A DNA stretch of 64,000 nucleotides from an uncultured Clostridium sp. (GTDB lineage: Bacteria > Bacillota > Clostridia > TANB77 > CAG-508): the NCBI GenBank assembly GCA_947648215.1, contig CANSMW010000003.1, positions 56,256 through 120,255 of the forward strand, given 5' to 3'. The notes under the pieces were generated by a model, which did no database searches, was not told where the DNA came from, and was given only the letters and a program-made list of their open reading frames with translations. Made by a program: the position numbers and the translations under genes. Within the stretch, counting starts at the first letter, position 1; the number at the start of each line of letters is the position of its first letter. This document shows positions 31,134 through 41,410 of this stretch, piece by piece.

Positions 31134-32867
31134 TTACTTTTTATCTGTAATGTTATTATCTGCCTCTTCAGTAGCAGACCCCTTAAGATTACCAAGACCT
31201 TTAAGCGTTGCATCAGAAAGACCAGCAATTTCATCAGTCAACGGTTTCTTATTAAGTGCCTTATTCTCTGCATTAAGAACTTTCATGATGGTAGGGATAC
31301 TCATAAGAGTATCAATAAAGCCATTTCCTGTTCCATTGTTAGCGATGCCGGGAAGGTTACCACCACCGATGTTGACAAACTCAGCATTCTGACCAATATT
31401 AGCCATAATCTCAGCAGTTGCGGTTGCAACTTTAATCTCAGCTTCAGTTGTGATCTTGAGCTTTTCAATTTCGAAGTTAACCTTCTCATAGGCAGCCCGA
31501 GCTTCAGCAAGGGCTCTTTCACCTTCTGCTTCTGCAAGCTTCTGTGCTTTGATACTTTCCGCTTCTGCAAGACCTTTAGCCTTAATACCTTCTGCCTCTG
31601 CTATAAGCTGTGCTTTCTTACCTGCAGCTTCTGCTTCTTGCTGTGCCTTAACAACATCAGCTGTAGCTGTACCTTCTGCACGTACCTTTGTTGCTTCAGC
31701 TTCAGCTTTATGCTTAACCGCATCAGCATCTTTCTGAGCAACAGTTACACGAGCTTCCGCTTCAGTTTTCTGAACATCAGCAGCACCCTGGGCTTCCTTA
31801 CGCTTAGCATCAGCAAGGCGTTCAGTAACAGCAATTTCGTTTTCAGCTTCAATTGATTTAACATTTGCAGTTGCTTCAGCATTGATACGCTGAGTTTCTT
31901 TTTGAGACTCTGCTTCAGTAATCATAACTTCGCGTTTTTTCTGAGCAGCAAGGTTGGCCTGTTCCTGTTTCGTGATTTCAATTGCGCCCCTATTCTCTTC
32001 GACTTCACGCGCACGTATAATAGCCTGAAGTTCCATAGCAACATCCGCGTTAGCCTGAGCAGTATCAGTCTCGACCTTGTTTGCAGCGATCATAAGATCT
32101 GTTTCCTTACGTTTTTCATTTATAGCCTGTTCAGCAACCATTCGAGCAATATCTGCCTCCTGAGATGCTACTGCCTCTGCTTTTTCTGCCGCAAGAGATT
32201 CTTCTGCCTGCTTTTCACGAGTAATACGATCAGTTTCAGCCTCCTTAATGTCTGCAGCCTTCTGCTTCTCTGCTTTATCAAGATAAGCAATGTTATCGAA
32301 ATAACCATTGTTGTCAGTGATGTCCTGAATATTAAGAGAAACGAGTTCAAGCCCCATCTTCTCCAATTCATCATCAACAGATTCCTGAATAAGCTTCTTG
32401 AAAGCTTCTTTGTCTGCCAATACCTGTTCAGGTGTCATAGATGCAACTACGTCACGAACAGCACCCATAAGAGTAAGCTTAACATCTTCAATGATACCCT
32501 GCTTACCACGTTCCTTGAAGGAGATAATTGCAGTTTCAAGCTTTGCTTCATCATGCCTGTCAGGACGAATCTGAGCAGTCCAGTCAACAAGCACAGGAAC
32601 TGCAGTTTTGGTCATAATTTCATCTTTGTCAGCCCTAACGGTCAATATGCAAAGGTCGAAAAAATCTGCTTTGCGGATAATCGGAATGACGAAAGCTCCT
32701 CCAGATATGATAATATGGGGCTTCTTACCACCGGTGATGATGAGAGCTTTATCAACATCTGCAATGCGATACATTGCTTTTGCAAGAAGAACAATTATTG
32801 CAATAGCAATAACAATAACAATGACAACTACTACAATAGGGATAATGCTGGATAAAATATCATTCAT
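31134..32867 (-). CDS. flotillin-like SPFH/Band 7 domain protein (FloT-like) with long A/E/K-rich coiled coil
   Basis: N-terminal TM helix, SPFH domain (ALIITGG...VDWTAQIRPD), ~300-aa EA-repeat coiled coil; visibly GC-richer codons (gca/gcc/gag) than neighbours; RBS ggagg 8 nt before ATG 32867. Confidence 0.8.
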   Translation of the reverse strand: MNDILSSIIPIVVVVIVIVIAIAIIVLLAKAMYRIADVDKALIITGGKKPHIIISGGAFVIPIIRKADFFDLCILTVRADKDEIMTKTAVPVLVDWTAQIRPDRHDEAKLETAIISFKERGKQGIIEDVKLTLMGAVRDVVASMTPEQVLADKEAFKKLIQESVDDELEKMGLELVSLNIQDITDNNGYFDNIAYLDKAEKQKAADIKEAETDRITREKQAEESLAAEKAEAVASQEADIARMVAEQAINEKRKETDLMIAANKVETDTAQANADVAMELQAIIRAREVEENRGAIEITKQEQANLAAQKKREVMITEAESQKETQRINAEATANVKSIEAENEIAVTERLADAKRKEAQGAADVQKTEAEARVTVAQKDADAVKHKAEAEATKVRAEGTATADVVKAQQEAEAAGKKAQLIAEAEGIKAKGLAEAESIKAQKLAEAEGERALAEARAAYEKVNFEIEKLKITTEAEIKVATATAEIMANIGQNAEFVNIGGGNLPGIANNGTGNGFIDTLMSIPTIMKVLNAENKALNKKPLTDEIAGLSDATLKGLGNLKGSATEEADNNITDKK

Positions 32868-32989
32868 GAACTTTTCCTCCATATGTCACATTGATATTGT
32901 TTACAGTTACCACTACATTACTTTTGTTTTGCAAAACAAAACTCTTATACAAAGTATACCATAAATTGAAAATTATGTAAAGCGGTTTG

Positions 32990-33790
32990 CCTATTTTTTT
33001 CAATAAATAGATATAGGATCAAAAATATAACCATGTAATATGGTCCTATCTTCGTAAATCTTGCTATTACTTTATATTAGCTACTCTCAAGCTTATTTTT
33101 TAACAGCAAACTATATTCATTATTAATAAAAACTCCTTAAAATCGATTCTGGAGCTTCATTTATTTTTAGTTATACCTGGTTTTATTATTATCATATATT
33201 TATATTATTACTTATATAATTTTTCATAAGTATTTTTAATAATTTTTTCTAAATTTCGCAAAATCCTTATATTTCAATAATTACACCATTTTTATAGACA
33301 ACAAACTATATGCCTAATTTTTAAAAACGGCTTAAAATCGATTCTCGTGCTTCGTTTTTTTGCACTTTTTTAGCTATTTTAATAGAGAACTACTTATAAT
33401 CAGCAATTTATAGCAGTTTAGTAAATTTCTATTATATATAATACTATATTTAAAATATTCGTATAAAGTCAAATTTTATTGATTAGATATAAAAATGTCT
33501 TAAAAACAATTTTAGAGCTTTATAAATATAAAATATTTTACTAATATATTATTACAAGATCTAATAGTAAATTTTAAAATATTAATACAAATTATCAATT
33601 TCATATATAAAAACAAAATATAACAAGTGTTCGTTTTTTGAAAAATTTATATTATAAATTGACTTTGCACAAAATGAAATAATTATATTTTATATTTATG
33701 CTATTTTTTTATTGTAAGATATTTTAGATTTATTAAAATAGTATTGTCTATTCCCCTTATTCCCTACTGTATTTACTTTTTAATATAAAT
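32990..33790. repeat. AT-rich non-coding block B (paralogue of block A)
   Basis: same motif order as block A: cttaaaatcgattct-N-gcttc at 33133, 33328, 33496; ctttgcacaaaat at 33662. Confidence 0.6.
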
Positions 33791-33840
33791 ATGGTATTAT
33801 TCTAGGGTAACTTATAGTATAGTTTTAGCAGAAAGGGTTG

Positions 33841-33999
33841 AGTATGAAAAAAAGAATAATTGACACTTTTCCAGCAAGGCATTTAAGTCAACCGCCTTAC
33901 GTCCAAAGGGATACTCTTAGTGAATATTCATTAAGAAATGGCTATGGATTAGGATTAAGACGGCGCTGGCGCACTCGAAAAAAACCAATAGTATTGTAG
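33841..33999 (+). other. possible small ORF (52 aa, basic C-terminus) or non-coding RNA convergent on small peptide gene
   Basis: RBS aaagggttgagt-ATG; ends just before perfect 17-bp hairpin. Confidence 0.25.
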
Positions 34000-34004
34000 T
34001 TCAA

Positions 34005-34053
34005 TGCTGAAAATACTAAAAATTATCCTCCTATATCATAAAAGGATAATTTT
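34005..34053. terminator. perfect 17-bp stem hairpin shared by convergent small transcripts
   Basis: aatactaaaaattatcc-tcctatatcataaaa-ggataatttttagtatt. Confidence 0.6.
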
Positions 34054-34136
34054 TAGTATTGCTTTAAAATATGTTTCTTGTTTTTTCCATCTTTAACTGC
34101 AATAACTGTGAACAAAATTATAGTAGGTAAATTCAT
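34053..34136 (-). CDS. 27-aa hydrophobic peptide (MNLPTIILFTVIAVKDGKNKKHILKQY), type I toxin-like / small membrane peptide
   Basis: strong RBS taggaggagtcgag-ATG; TM-like N-half plus K-rich tail as in Fst/Ldr-type peptides; 3' end overlaps hairpin. Confidence 0.35.
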   Translation of the reverse strand: MNLPTIILFTVIAVKDGKNKKHILKQY

Positions 34137-34256
34137 CTCGACTCCTCCTAACTTTTAACAAACAATGTTTAAGTTACATAAAAAAATACAATAAGCTCTC
34201 TAGCCTAAATTTAGCACATTATATCATACTTTATGTTAAATGTAAATGAAAATTTC

Positions 34257-34778
34257 TTATTTCCCCTTATTCCATTCCTTTAATTTTTCTTCTAATAATT
34301 TAAAATTAACTGTATTTTTTATATAGCCTATGTCCATATTCTTAATTTTCTGATTATAAACTGTTTTTGCATATTTTATAATCCTATTACTATTGTTATT
34401 GATATATCTTAACTCTCCAAGTATTACTTCCTTATATTTTAAATCAGTTTCATTTGATACCATATATGGTTCTAGTTCTGTTATAGGAACAGGTATCATA
34501 TTACTTATTCTTAAAGTCCCATATAAACGATTACCTTCATAAATTCTTATTATCGTTTTAGTATCTTTTCTAATAATCTTTTTATTAATATCAATATAAT
34601 CTGAATTTTTAGGCGAAGACATTGGAATATAATAATTGAATTCGTTTACAGTTAAAACAACGCCTAAATATTTTCTTTCATGAGTCCTTATTTCTTCTTT
34701 ATTGTCATAAATTTTATCATCAAATTGTCTTAAATAGTTTATGTATTTATCACTTACACTATATAAATTTAACTTCAT
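34257..34778 (-). CDS. ToxN-family type III toxin
   Basis: 173 aa; SDKYINYLRQFDDKI...KYLGVVLTVNEFNYYIPMSSPK...NMIPV...NFKLLEEK closely follows ToxN/AbiQ; RBS aaaggagagg. Confidence 0.75.
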   Translation of the reverse strand: MKLNLYSVSDKYINYLRQFDDKIYDNKEEIRTHERKYLGVVLTVNEFNYYIPMSSPKNSDYIDINKKIIRKDTKTIIRIYEGNRLYGTLRISNMIPVPITELEPYMVSNETDLKYKEVILGELRYINNNSNRIIKYAKTVYNQKIKNMDIGYIKNTVNFKLLEEKLKEWNKGK

Positions 34779-34794
34779 TTGCCTCTCCTTTTAC

Positions 34795-34833
34795 AAAAAT
34801 AAGAGAAGGCTATCACTTAAGATACCTTCTCTT
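34795..34833 (-). terminator. terminator between ToxI repeats and toxN
   Basis: perfect 9-bp stem aagagaagg-15nt-ccttctctt followed on minus strand by attttt. Confidence 0.6.
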
Positions 34834-34840
34834 GATTTTA

Positions 34841-34975
34841 ACTTTCTCATTTTAAAGGCTGTGAAACACCCGATTTATAACTTCCTCAATTAAAGGTTGT
34901 GAAACACCCGATTTATAACTTTCTCATTTTTAAATGGTAGTGAAACACCACGATTTTCTTATATTTATTATACTA
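34841..34975 (-). ncRNA. ToxI-like antitoxin RNA: ~3.5 tandem 38-41-nt repeats
   Basis: (plus-strand view) ggctgtgaaacacccgatttataacttcctcaattaaa / ggttgtgaaacacccgatttataactttctcatttttaaat / ggtagtgaaacaccacgatttt; minus-strand promoter ttgaca-18-tataat at ~34985-35020. Confidence 0.6.
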
Positions 34976-35243
34976 TTTTCTTGTTGTAGCTGTCAAGTAA
35001 TATGAATACAATAAATATATTATATTCTATGCATTTTTTATCAAAATATTATAATCAATTTTAACTTTGCACAAAATTGATTTAAGTCAAATAAATTTCA
35101 CGCTTTTTATAGTTTATATATAACCTTGAAGTTATCTTTTAGATTATTTCGATATCTTTGTCCCCTCTTCTCAATATGCATAAAAAGGAAAAAAGCTACC
35201 TCAATATGAGATGAGTTAACTTTTTTCCTTTTCTTAATAAATA

Positions 35244-35948
35244 TTAAAACTCTTTCTTCTCATAAATTCCATAAGCTATCTTATAGGAACTATGATAAAC
35301 CAGTATGATTAATGCAACTAATACAAAAGGAATAAATGGTTTTAAGCTATTTATATCAATCGACCATCTTTCTAACCAATAGAGAATTCCTCCTGTTAAA
35401 AGTGCTAGCATAACCAATAATACTACCATAATAATAAAAATTTGCATTCTGGCTTTTTCGACTCCGAATTTATAGATGCAAGGTATCTGTATGGCTTCTA
35501 CAATGCTAAGTCCTAGTATTCCACCTAAAGATATAAATAGGATTTTGGATAGGTTTATGAAAATTTCTCCTTTTGTAAAAAGTGCCGAAAGAATAATGGT
35601 TATTGGTATTCCAATGAGTGCTCCTATTATTGTGCAACCAACTGCCAAATAGTATTTTGATAAAACGATTTCTTTTAGGCTAATTGGTAGGCTTCTAATG
35701 TATCGGTCTGTTTTGGAGGTTTCATCATAATTGAAACTAGCAATACTAAACATACCAAAACCAAGTGTAACCATAACAGGAAGAAGACTTAGCAAATCAT
35801 TTCCTCCACCACTAAGTAATTGAATTATGGTTGTTATACTAAAGATTAGAATAAAGCTAATGAGTGTTCTTTTATAGGTTTTTAGTTGTAATAAGTCTTT
35901 CATGATAAGCCCTTGCATTTTTGGATTTTTGGTTAGAATTATTTTCAT
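35244..35948 (-). CDS. ABC-2 type transporter permease
   Basis: 234 aa, 6 TM; directly downstream of ABC ATPase. Confidence 0.55.
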   Translation of the reverse strand: MKIILTKNPKMQGLIMKDLLQLKTYKRTLISFILIFSITTIIQLLSGGGNDLLSLLPVMVTLGFGMFSIASFNYDETSKTDRYIRSLPISLKEIVLSKYYLAVGCTIIGALIGIPITIILSALFTKGEIFINLSKILFISLGGILGLSIVEAIQIPCIYKFGVEKARMQIFIIMVVLLVMLALLTGGILYWLERWSIDINSLKPFIPFVLVALIILVYHSSYKIAYGIYEKKEF

Positions 35949-35949
35949 A

Positions 35950-36808
35950 CTATTTTTCTCCTTTCACATACATAATCATGATATCTTCTATTCGTGGTTT
36001 GTCGATTACTTCTATTTTATATTTGGTTTTAAAAGCCGTCTTATCATCCACAAGAACATCGTATTCGTATTTATTTTTCTTATATCGAAGGTAATCGTTT
36101 TTATCAATTTTTTTAAATTGTTCTTTGGAAATTTTAGCAATTCCGCATTTTATCCAATAGTTCATCTCTTGTTTTACTTAATACAATTTCTCCATTATTA
36201 ATGAAAGTAATATAATCGGCAATGCTTTCTAAGTCGGAGGTAATATGGCTAGAAACAAAAATGCCGTGTTCTTCATCTTGTATGAAGTCTTGAAAGATAT
36301 CTAAAATGTCATTTCGTGCAACAGGGTCTAAACCAGAGGTAGGTTCATCTAATATTAAAAGCTTTGGATGATGTGCCAATGCTACTGCGATTTTTAGTTT
36401 CATTTTCATACCACTCGAGTATTCTTTTGAAATTTTATCTTCTGGTAGTTTAAAATCTGCTAAATATTTAAAATACAATTCTTCATCCCAGTTTTTATAC
36501 ATATCTTTCATAATCGTATTGATGTCCTTGGGGTTTAAGTATTCCGATACAAATCCTTCATCTAGTACAATACCAATATCTTCTTTTATCTCCATTTCGT
36601 GTTCTTTACAATCAAGCCCAAAAATCTTAATGATGCCATCACTTGTATGTACTAAATTTAAAATGGCTTTTATGGTCGTACTTTTTCCCGCCCCATTTTC
36701 GCCAACTAATCCCATAATGGTTCCTTTTGGAAGATTTAAACTAATATTCTTTAAACTAAACTTATCATAATTCTTACATAAATTTTTAACCTCTAATATA
36801 TTTTCCAT
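35950..36808 (-). CDS. ABC transporter ATP-binding protein, frame interrupted by 1-nt insertion at 36145
   Basis: Walker A GENGAGKST, signature SSGMKMK, Walker B LILDEPTSGLD; C-terminal domain continues in ORF 35950-36165 after removing coding-strand C (atg|c|gga att). Confidence 0.75.
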
Positions 36809-36816
36809 CTTTTTAC

Positions 36817-37191
36817 CTATTCCTCCTCATACAAAATATTTACCATATCCATCACTTCTTGTTTTGATATTTTACTAAGCTTTGCGATTGATACCGCAGT
36901 ATCAATTAAACTTTCTATTTTTTGCATTTGTTCTTCTTTAATAATTTCGATATTCTTATTTGCAACATATGTCCCCTTTCCTGGGATTGTTTCAACATAT
37001 CCCTCCTTTTCTAATTCATCATAAGCATTTTTGGTAGTAATAACACTAATTCTTAAATCTTTCGCCAAATTTCGTATTGACGGCAATAACTCCCCCGTTT
37101 TCAATTCATTTGAAACAATCTTATTTTTAATTTGTTCCTTAATTTGTTCATATATGGGAGTATTGCTCGAGTTACTAATAATAATATCCAT
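36817..37191 (-). CDS. GntR family transcriptional regulator
   Basis: PIYEQIKEQIKNKIVSNELKTGELLPSIRNLAKDLRISVITTKNAYDELEKEGYV = GntR wHTH; heads the ABC operon. Confidence 0.75.
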   Translation of the reverse strand: MDIIISNSSNTPIYEQIKEQIKNKIVSNELKTGELLPSIRNLAKDLRISVITTKNAYDELEKEGYVETIPGKGTYVANKNIEIIKEEQMQKIESLIDTAVSIAKLSKISKQEVMDMVNILYEEE

Positions 37192-37315
37192 ATTTTCTCC
37201 TTTCTTCGACTGTTCATATACAGTATATACACACAGAATAAAAAAGTCAATAGTTTTTTTAAACATTGTACAAAATTTTTAACTTTTGTTGTATAATTGG
37301 TGTGGAGGTTTTGTT

Positions 37316-38291
37316 ATGATAAGTCGTGAAAATAATCCTGATTATTTAAATTCGTTTTTAGATTATTCGGTAACTATATTGAATAAGTCACCAAATAGTA
37401 TTAAGGAATACAATTATGACCTAGCTACTTTTTTAAAGTTTATTAAAATACATTTTGGTTTAACCAAAGAAAATGATTTTTCGAAAATTGTGATTTCGGA
37501 TTTGCCAATTGAGGTAGTTCAGAAAATTACGTTGGATGATATACATGCTTTTATTTCATATTTGGCAACAGAACTTCGTAGTAAGTCTGCAACAAGAGCT
37601 AGGAAGGTTTCTAGTATTCGTATCTTTTTTAAGTATTTATCGGCAAAAGCAAAGTTAATTGAGGTAAACCCTGCTCAAAATTTAGAAACACCGAAATTAG
37701 ATAAACGTACTCCAAAGTATTTGACCTTAGAAGATAGTAAAAGGTTATTAGATGTTGCAAGCAATGAAGATAATCGTAATACCGAAAGAGATTATGCCAT
37801 TACTACTTTGTTTTTAAATTGTGGTATGCGTTTATCGGAACTTGTGAATATTAATATAAAAGACATTCAGTTTGATGAATGTAAAATGACGGTAATTGGA
37901 AAAGGTAATAAGGAACGTACCATTTATTTAAATAAAGCATGTATGAAAGCCATTGCTCATTATTTAGAAGTTCGCCCCAAAGAAGGAATTAATTACAAAT
38001 CGAAGGATGCTTTATTTTTAAGTGAAAGACGTGAACGTATTAGTAATCGAACGGTACAATATATTGTAAAAAGAGAATTACAACAAGCTGGATTAGATAC
38101 GAATAAATATTCTGTACATAAACTACGCCACACAGCAGCCACTCTTATGTATCAATACCGGAAATGTGGATATCCGTGCTCTACAAGAATTATTAGGACA
38201 TGCTAGCATTTCTACCACAGAAATTTATACCCATGTTGCCAATGAACAAGTTCGTAATGCTGTAGAAAGCAACCCATTAGCAGATATGTAA
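37316..38291 (+). CDS. xerD: XerD/XerC-like tyrosine recombinase, frame interrupted by 1-nt insertion at 38158
   Basis: core-binding N-domain, catalytic R..HxxR..Y region; after taCCgga the +1 frame gives canonical [26 protein letters not shown]; RBS ggaggtt. Confidence 0.8.
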
Positions 38292-38410
38292 TTTATTATT
38301 TCAAAAAAATAGCTTAACACTTGTCATCAAGTATTAAGCTATTTGACTTTTTCTGGATAAATATTTCCATCTTTAACTGTCACTTCCTATTTTACAAATT
38401 GGACTACTTT

Positions 38411-38710
38411 TTATTCACGTATTCTTAATTCCTGATGTATTTTTAAATCGCTATTTTTCATATGATTTGCCTGTTTAATTTCTGCTATGATGTTTTGTAT
38501 ACTTTTATTTTGATAATATGGATTATTTTCTTGTTCTTCCCTAGCAATGCTCCATAAGGTATCTCCTTTTGCTACATAGATGGTTTTATATTGAATTTCT
38601 GTATGAGATAAACTTTGGTTACTAATCATAAAACTAATTCCAAATAAGATGGCAAAAATAAATGCAATACTTCTAATAAATTTTTTTCCATTTACAATTT
38701 TTAAATTCAT
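38411..38710 (-). CDS. LysM domain protein with N-terminal TM anchor
   Basis: YVAKGDTLWSIAREE...NIIAEIKQAN LysM motif. Confidence 0.55.
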   Translation of the reverse strand: MNLKIVNGKKFIRSIAFIFAILFGISFMISNQSLSHTEIQYKTIYVAKGDTLWSIAREEQENNPYYQNKSIQNIIAEIKQANHMKNSDLKIHQELRIRE

Positions 38711-38908
38711 TGTGATTTCCCCCTTTTTCATGAATATCGCATTTCTTTTTCCTGCGAACATTCATTCTTTATGAATTCATTATAAACAAACAAAAGTTTC
38801 TTGTCAATACTTTTTGATAAAAAAGTGAAAAAATGTTCGTAAAATAAAAAATAACAAAAACCCCCCTATAATTTTGCAATTATTGAGGGGTTTTTGTTAA
38901 ATGAAATT

Positions 38909-39682
38909 TTATACTCCCATAATATTATAGCCATTGTCTGCGTAGATGACTTGCCCTGTGATGGCACTTGCCATACTGCTTAATAAGAAACTTGCAACAT
39001 CTCCTACTTGTTCTTGTGTTACGTTTTTATGAAGTGGGGCTTTTTGTTCTACTACCGTTAAGATAGAATTAAAGTCTTTTATTCCTTTTGCAGATAGGGT
39101 TTTAATTGGACCTGCTGAAATAGCATTTACTCTCATGTTGTCTTTTCCTAAGTTTTCTGCTAAATAGCGAACGCTTGCTTCTAAGGCTGCTTTGGCAATT
39201 CCCATTACATTATAACCTTCTAGTACTTTGGTAGAACCATGGTAGGTTAAGGTTACTAAACTTGCATTTTCGTTTAGCATGTCTAACTCTTTTGCTACTC
39301 TTGCTGCTAGTACAAAAGAATAACTGCTTACATCACAGGCATGTGAAAAACCGTCTTTTCCTGTGTAGATAAAGTCTCTATGTAAATCTTCTGTATTGGC
39401 ATGAGCAATAGCATGCACAATTCCATCGATTTTTCCATTTTCTTCTTTTATTTTGGTAAAAACGTCTTTTACTAATTCATCCTCTGATGCGCCATCTAAC
39501 ACATAAGCTTTGCTTCCATTAAATTCTTTGGTAAGTTCTTCTATTTTATCCTTGTTTTCTTCTCCCATATAAGTAAAAATTAGTTTTGCTCCATTTTCAT
39601 AAGCGGATTTGGCAATTCCAAAGGCAATACTCCACTTATTTCGAATTCCCATAATCAAAATTTTCTTATTTTCTAATAACAT
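38909..39682 (-). CDS. fabI: enoyl-[acyl-carrier-protein] reductase (NADH), FabI type
   Basis: 257 aa SDR; GIRNKWSIAFGIAK glycine motif, Y-x6-K active site. Confidence 0.85.
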   Translation of the reverse strand: MLLENKKILIMGIRNKWSIAFGIAKSAYENGAKLIFTYMGEENKDKIEELTKEFNGSKAYVLDGASEDELVKDVFTKIKEENGKIDGIVHAIAHANTEDLHRDFIYTGKDGFSHACDVSSYSFVLAARVAKELDMLNENASLVTLTYHGSTKVLEGYNVMGIAKAALEASVRYLAENLGKDNMRVNAISAGPIKTLSAKGIKDFNSILTVVEQKAPLHKNVTQEQVGDVASFLLSSMASAITGQVIYADNGYNIMGV

Positions 39683-39740
39683 ATTCCACTCTCCTCTATT
39701 TTTAATTTATTTTTATACCTTACTTTGATGTATAAAAAAC

Positions 39741-40553
39741 TTATTTTGAAATAATTTGATACTCTCCCATATTTCTAAATTTTTGGTATCTTTCTTCTAC
39801 TAACTGTTCTGGTGTTTTTTGTTTTAATTCCTGTATTGTTTTTGCAATTTCTTTTTGTAGCGTTTTAGATACGTTTTCAAAAGATGTTTCAAAATCTCCT
39901 CTTGGTTCTTTAATAATCTTATCAATGACTTTTAAGTCATATAAATCTTTTGCTGTTAATTTCATTTTTTCTGCTGCCTCTTTTGTTCTTGTGCTATCTT
40001 TCCATAAAATACTTGCATATCCTTCTGGAGATAAAATGGAATAGATTGCATTTTCTAGCATAAACACTTGGTTACCAACCCCTAGTGCTAATGCACCACC
40101 ACTAGAACCTTCTCCAATCACAATACAAATAATAGGTACTTGTAAAGATGCCATTTTTAACATGGAACTGGCTATTGCTTCTCCTTGCCCTCTTTCTTCT
40201 GCTCCAATTCCAGGATAAGCTCCTTTGGTATCAATAAAGGTAATAACTGGTCTATGGAATTTTTCTGCTTGCCCCATAAACCTTATGGCTTTTCGATAAC
40301 TTTCTGGGTTGGGCATTCCAAAATTTCGTTCAATGTTTTCTTTGGTGGTCCTTCCTTTTTGTTCGGCAATTACAGTAACATTTTGGTTTCCAATTCGTGC
40401 AAGTCCACATACAATTGCCTTATCATCTTTAAAATTTCGGTCACCATGTAATTCCATAAAATCATCGAAAATAGCTTCAATATAATCCAAAGAGGTTTTT
40501 CTTTTTGGGTTTCTGGCTATTTCTACTTTTTCCCAAGCCGTTTGTTTTTCCAT
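39741..40553 (-). CDS. accA: acetyl-CoA carboxylase carboxyltransferase subunit alpha
   Basis: 270 aa; full-length AccA similarity. Confidence 0.9.
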   Translation of the reverse strand: MEKQTAWEKVEIARNPKRKTSLDYIEAIFDDFMELHGDRNFKDDKAIVCGLARIGNQNVTVIAEQKGRTTKENIERNFGMPNPESYRKAIRFMGQAEKFHRPVITFIDTKGAYPGIGAEERGQGEAIASSMLKMASLQVPIICIVIGEGSSGGALALGVGNQVFMLENAIYSILSPEGYASILWKDSTRTKEAAEKMKLTAKDLYDLKVIDKIIKEPRGDFETSFENVSKTLQKEIAKTIQELKQKTPEQLVEERYQKFRNMGEYQIISK

Positions 40554-41410
40554 TATGCTTCAACCTCCTCTGTTTTATGGTACTGAATTAACTGATAAAT
40601 GGTATCTTTTAATTGTTCTCTTTCTACAATTTTATCAATAAATCCATGTTCTAATAAAAACTCTGCTGTTTGAAATCCCTCTGGTAATGCTTCTTTTATG
40701 GTTTGTTCAATAACTCTTGGTCCTGCAAACCCTATCATGGCATGTGGTTCAGCAAGCACAATATCTCCTAAACTAGCAAAAGAAGCGGTAACACCACCAT
40801 AGGTTGGGTCTGTTAAAACAGAAATGTATAATAACCCTGCTTCATTTAGTTTGGCAAGTGCAGATGTGGTTTTTGCCATTTGCATAAGAGAGATAATTCC
40901 TTCTTGCATTCGTGCTCCGCCAGAAACACTAAAGATAACAAGTGGTAACCTTTGCTTAAGGGCTTGTTCAATTGCATAAGTGATTTTTTCTCCTACTACA
41001 ATTCCCATACTTCCCATTAAAAAACCACTATCCATAATACAAATAACTACTTTTTCTCCATGAATTTTTCCTGTACCACAAGCAACCGCTTCTTCTAATC
41101 CTGTTTTTTCTCGTAAGGCTTTTAATTTTTTTGGGTAATCTTCTAATGCTAATGGATTGGTGGTATCAATGCAATAATCAAAACGCTCATACGTATCTTT
41201 ATCAATCATTAAATCCAATCGTTTTCCAATATGCATACGAAAGTAATGTCCACAGTTTGGGCAAATATTTAAGTTTTCTCGTACCGTTTCTTTATACACA
41301 ATTTCCTTGCAATTTTCGCATTTTAGCCATTTACCAATAGGAATATCCACTTTGGATTTTTTGTTTTTTGCGGTTGCAATTTCTCTTTTCTTTATTTTAT
41401 CAACAATCAT
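40553..41410 (-). CDS. accD: acetyl-CoA carboxylase carboxyltransferase subunit beta
   Basis: N-terminal zinc ribbon CxxC...CxxC, CT domain. Confidence 0.9.
   Translation of the reverse strand: MIVDKIKKREIATAKNKKSKVDIPIGKWLKCENCKEIVYKETVRENLNICPNCGHYFRMHIGKRLDLMIDKDTYERFDYCIDTTNPLALEDYPKKLKALREKTGLEEAVACGTGKIHGEKVVICIMDSGFLMGSMGIVVGEKITYAIEQALKQRLPLVIFSVSGGARMQEGIISLMQMAKTTSALAKLNEAGLLYISVLTDPTYGGVTASFASLGDIVLAEPHAMIGFAGPRVIEQTIKEALPEGFQTAEFLLEHGFIDKIVEREQLKDTIYQLIQYHKTEEVEA

Noticed and set aside
31119-32855. Long plus-strand ORFs (245 aa and 317 aa) opposite the flotillin gene
   Set aside because: They are antisense to a confidently identified SPFH gene, low-complexity (S/C/F/L-rich) translations of the GC-skewed repeat region, with no RBS. 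Judged spurious.
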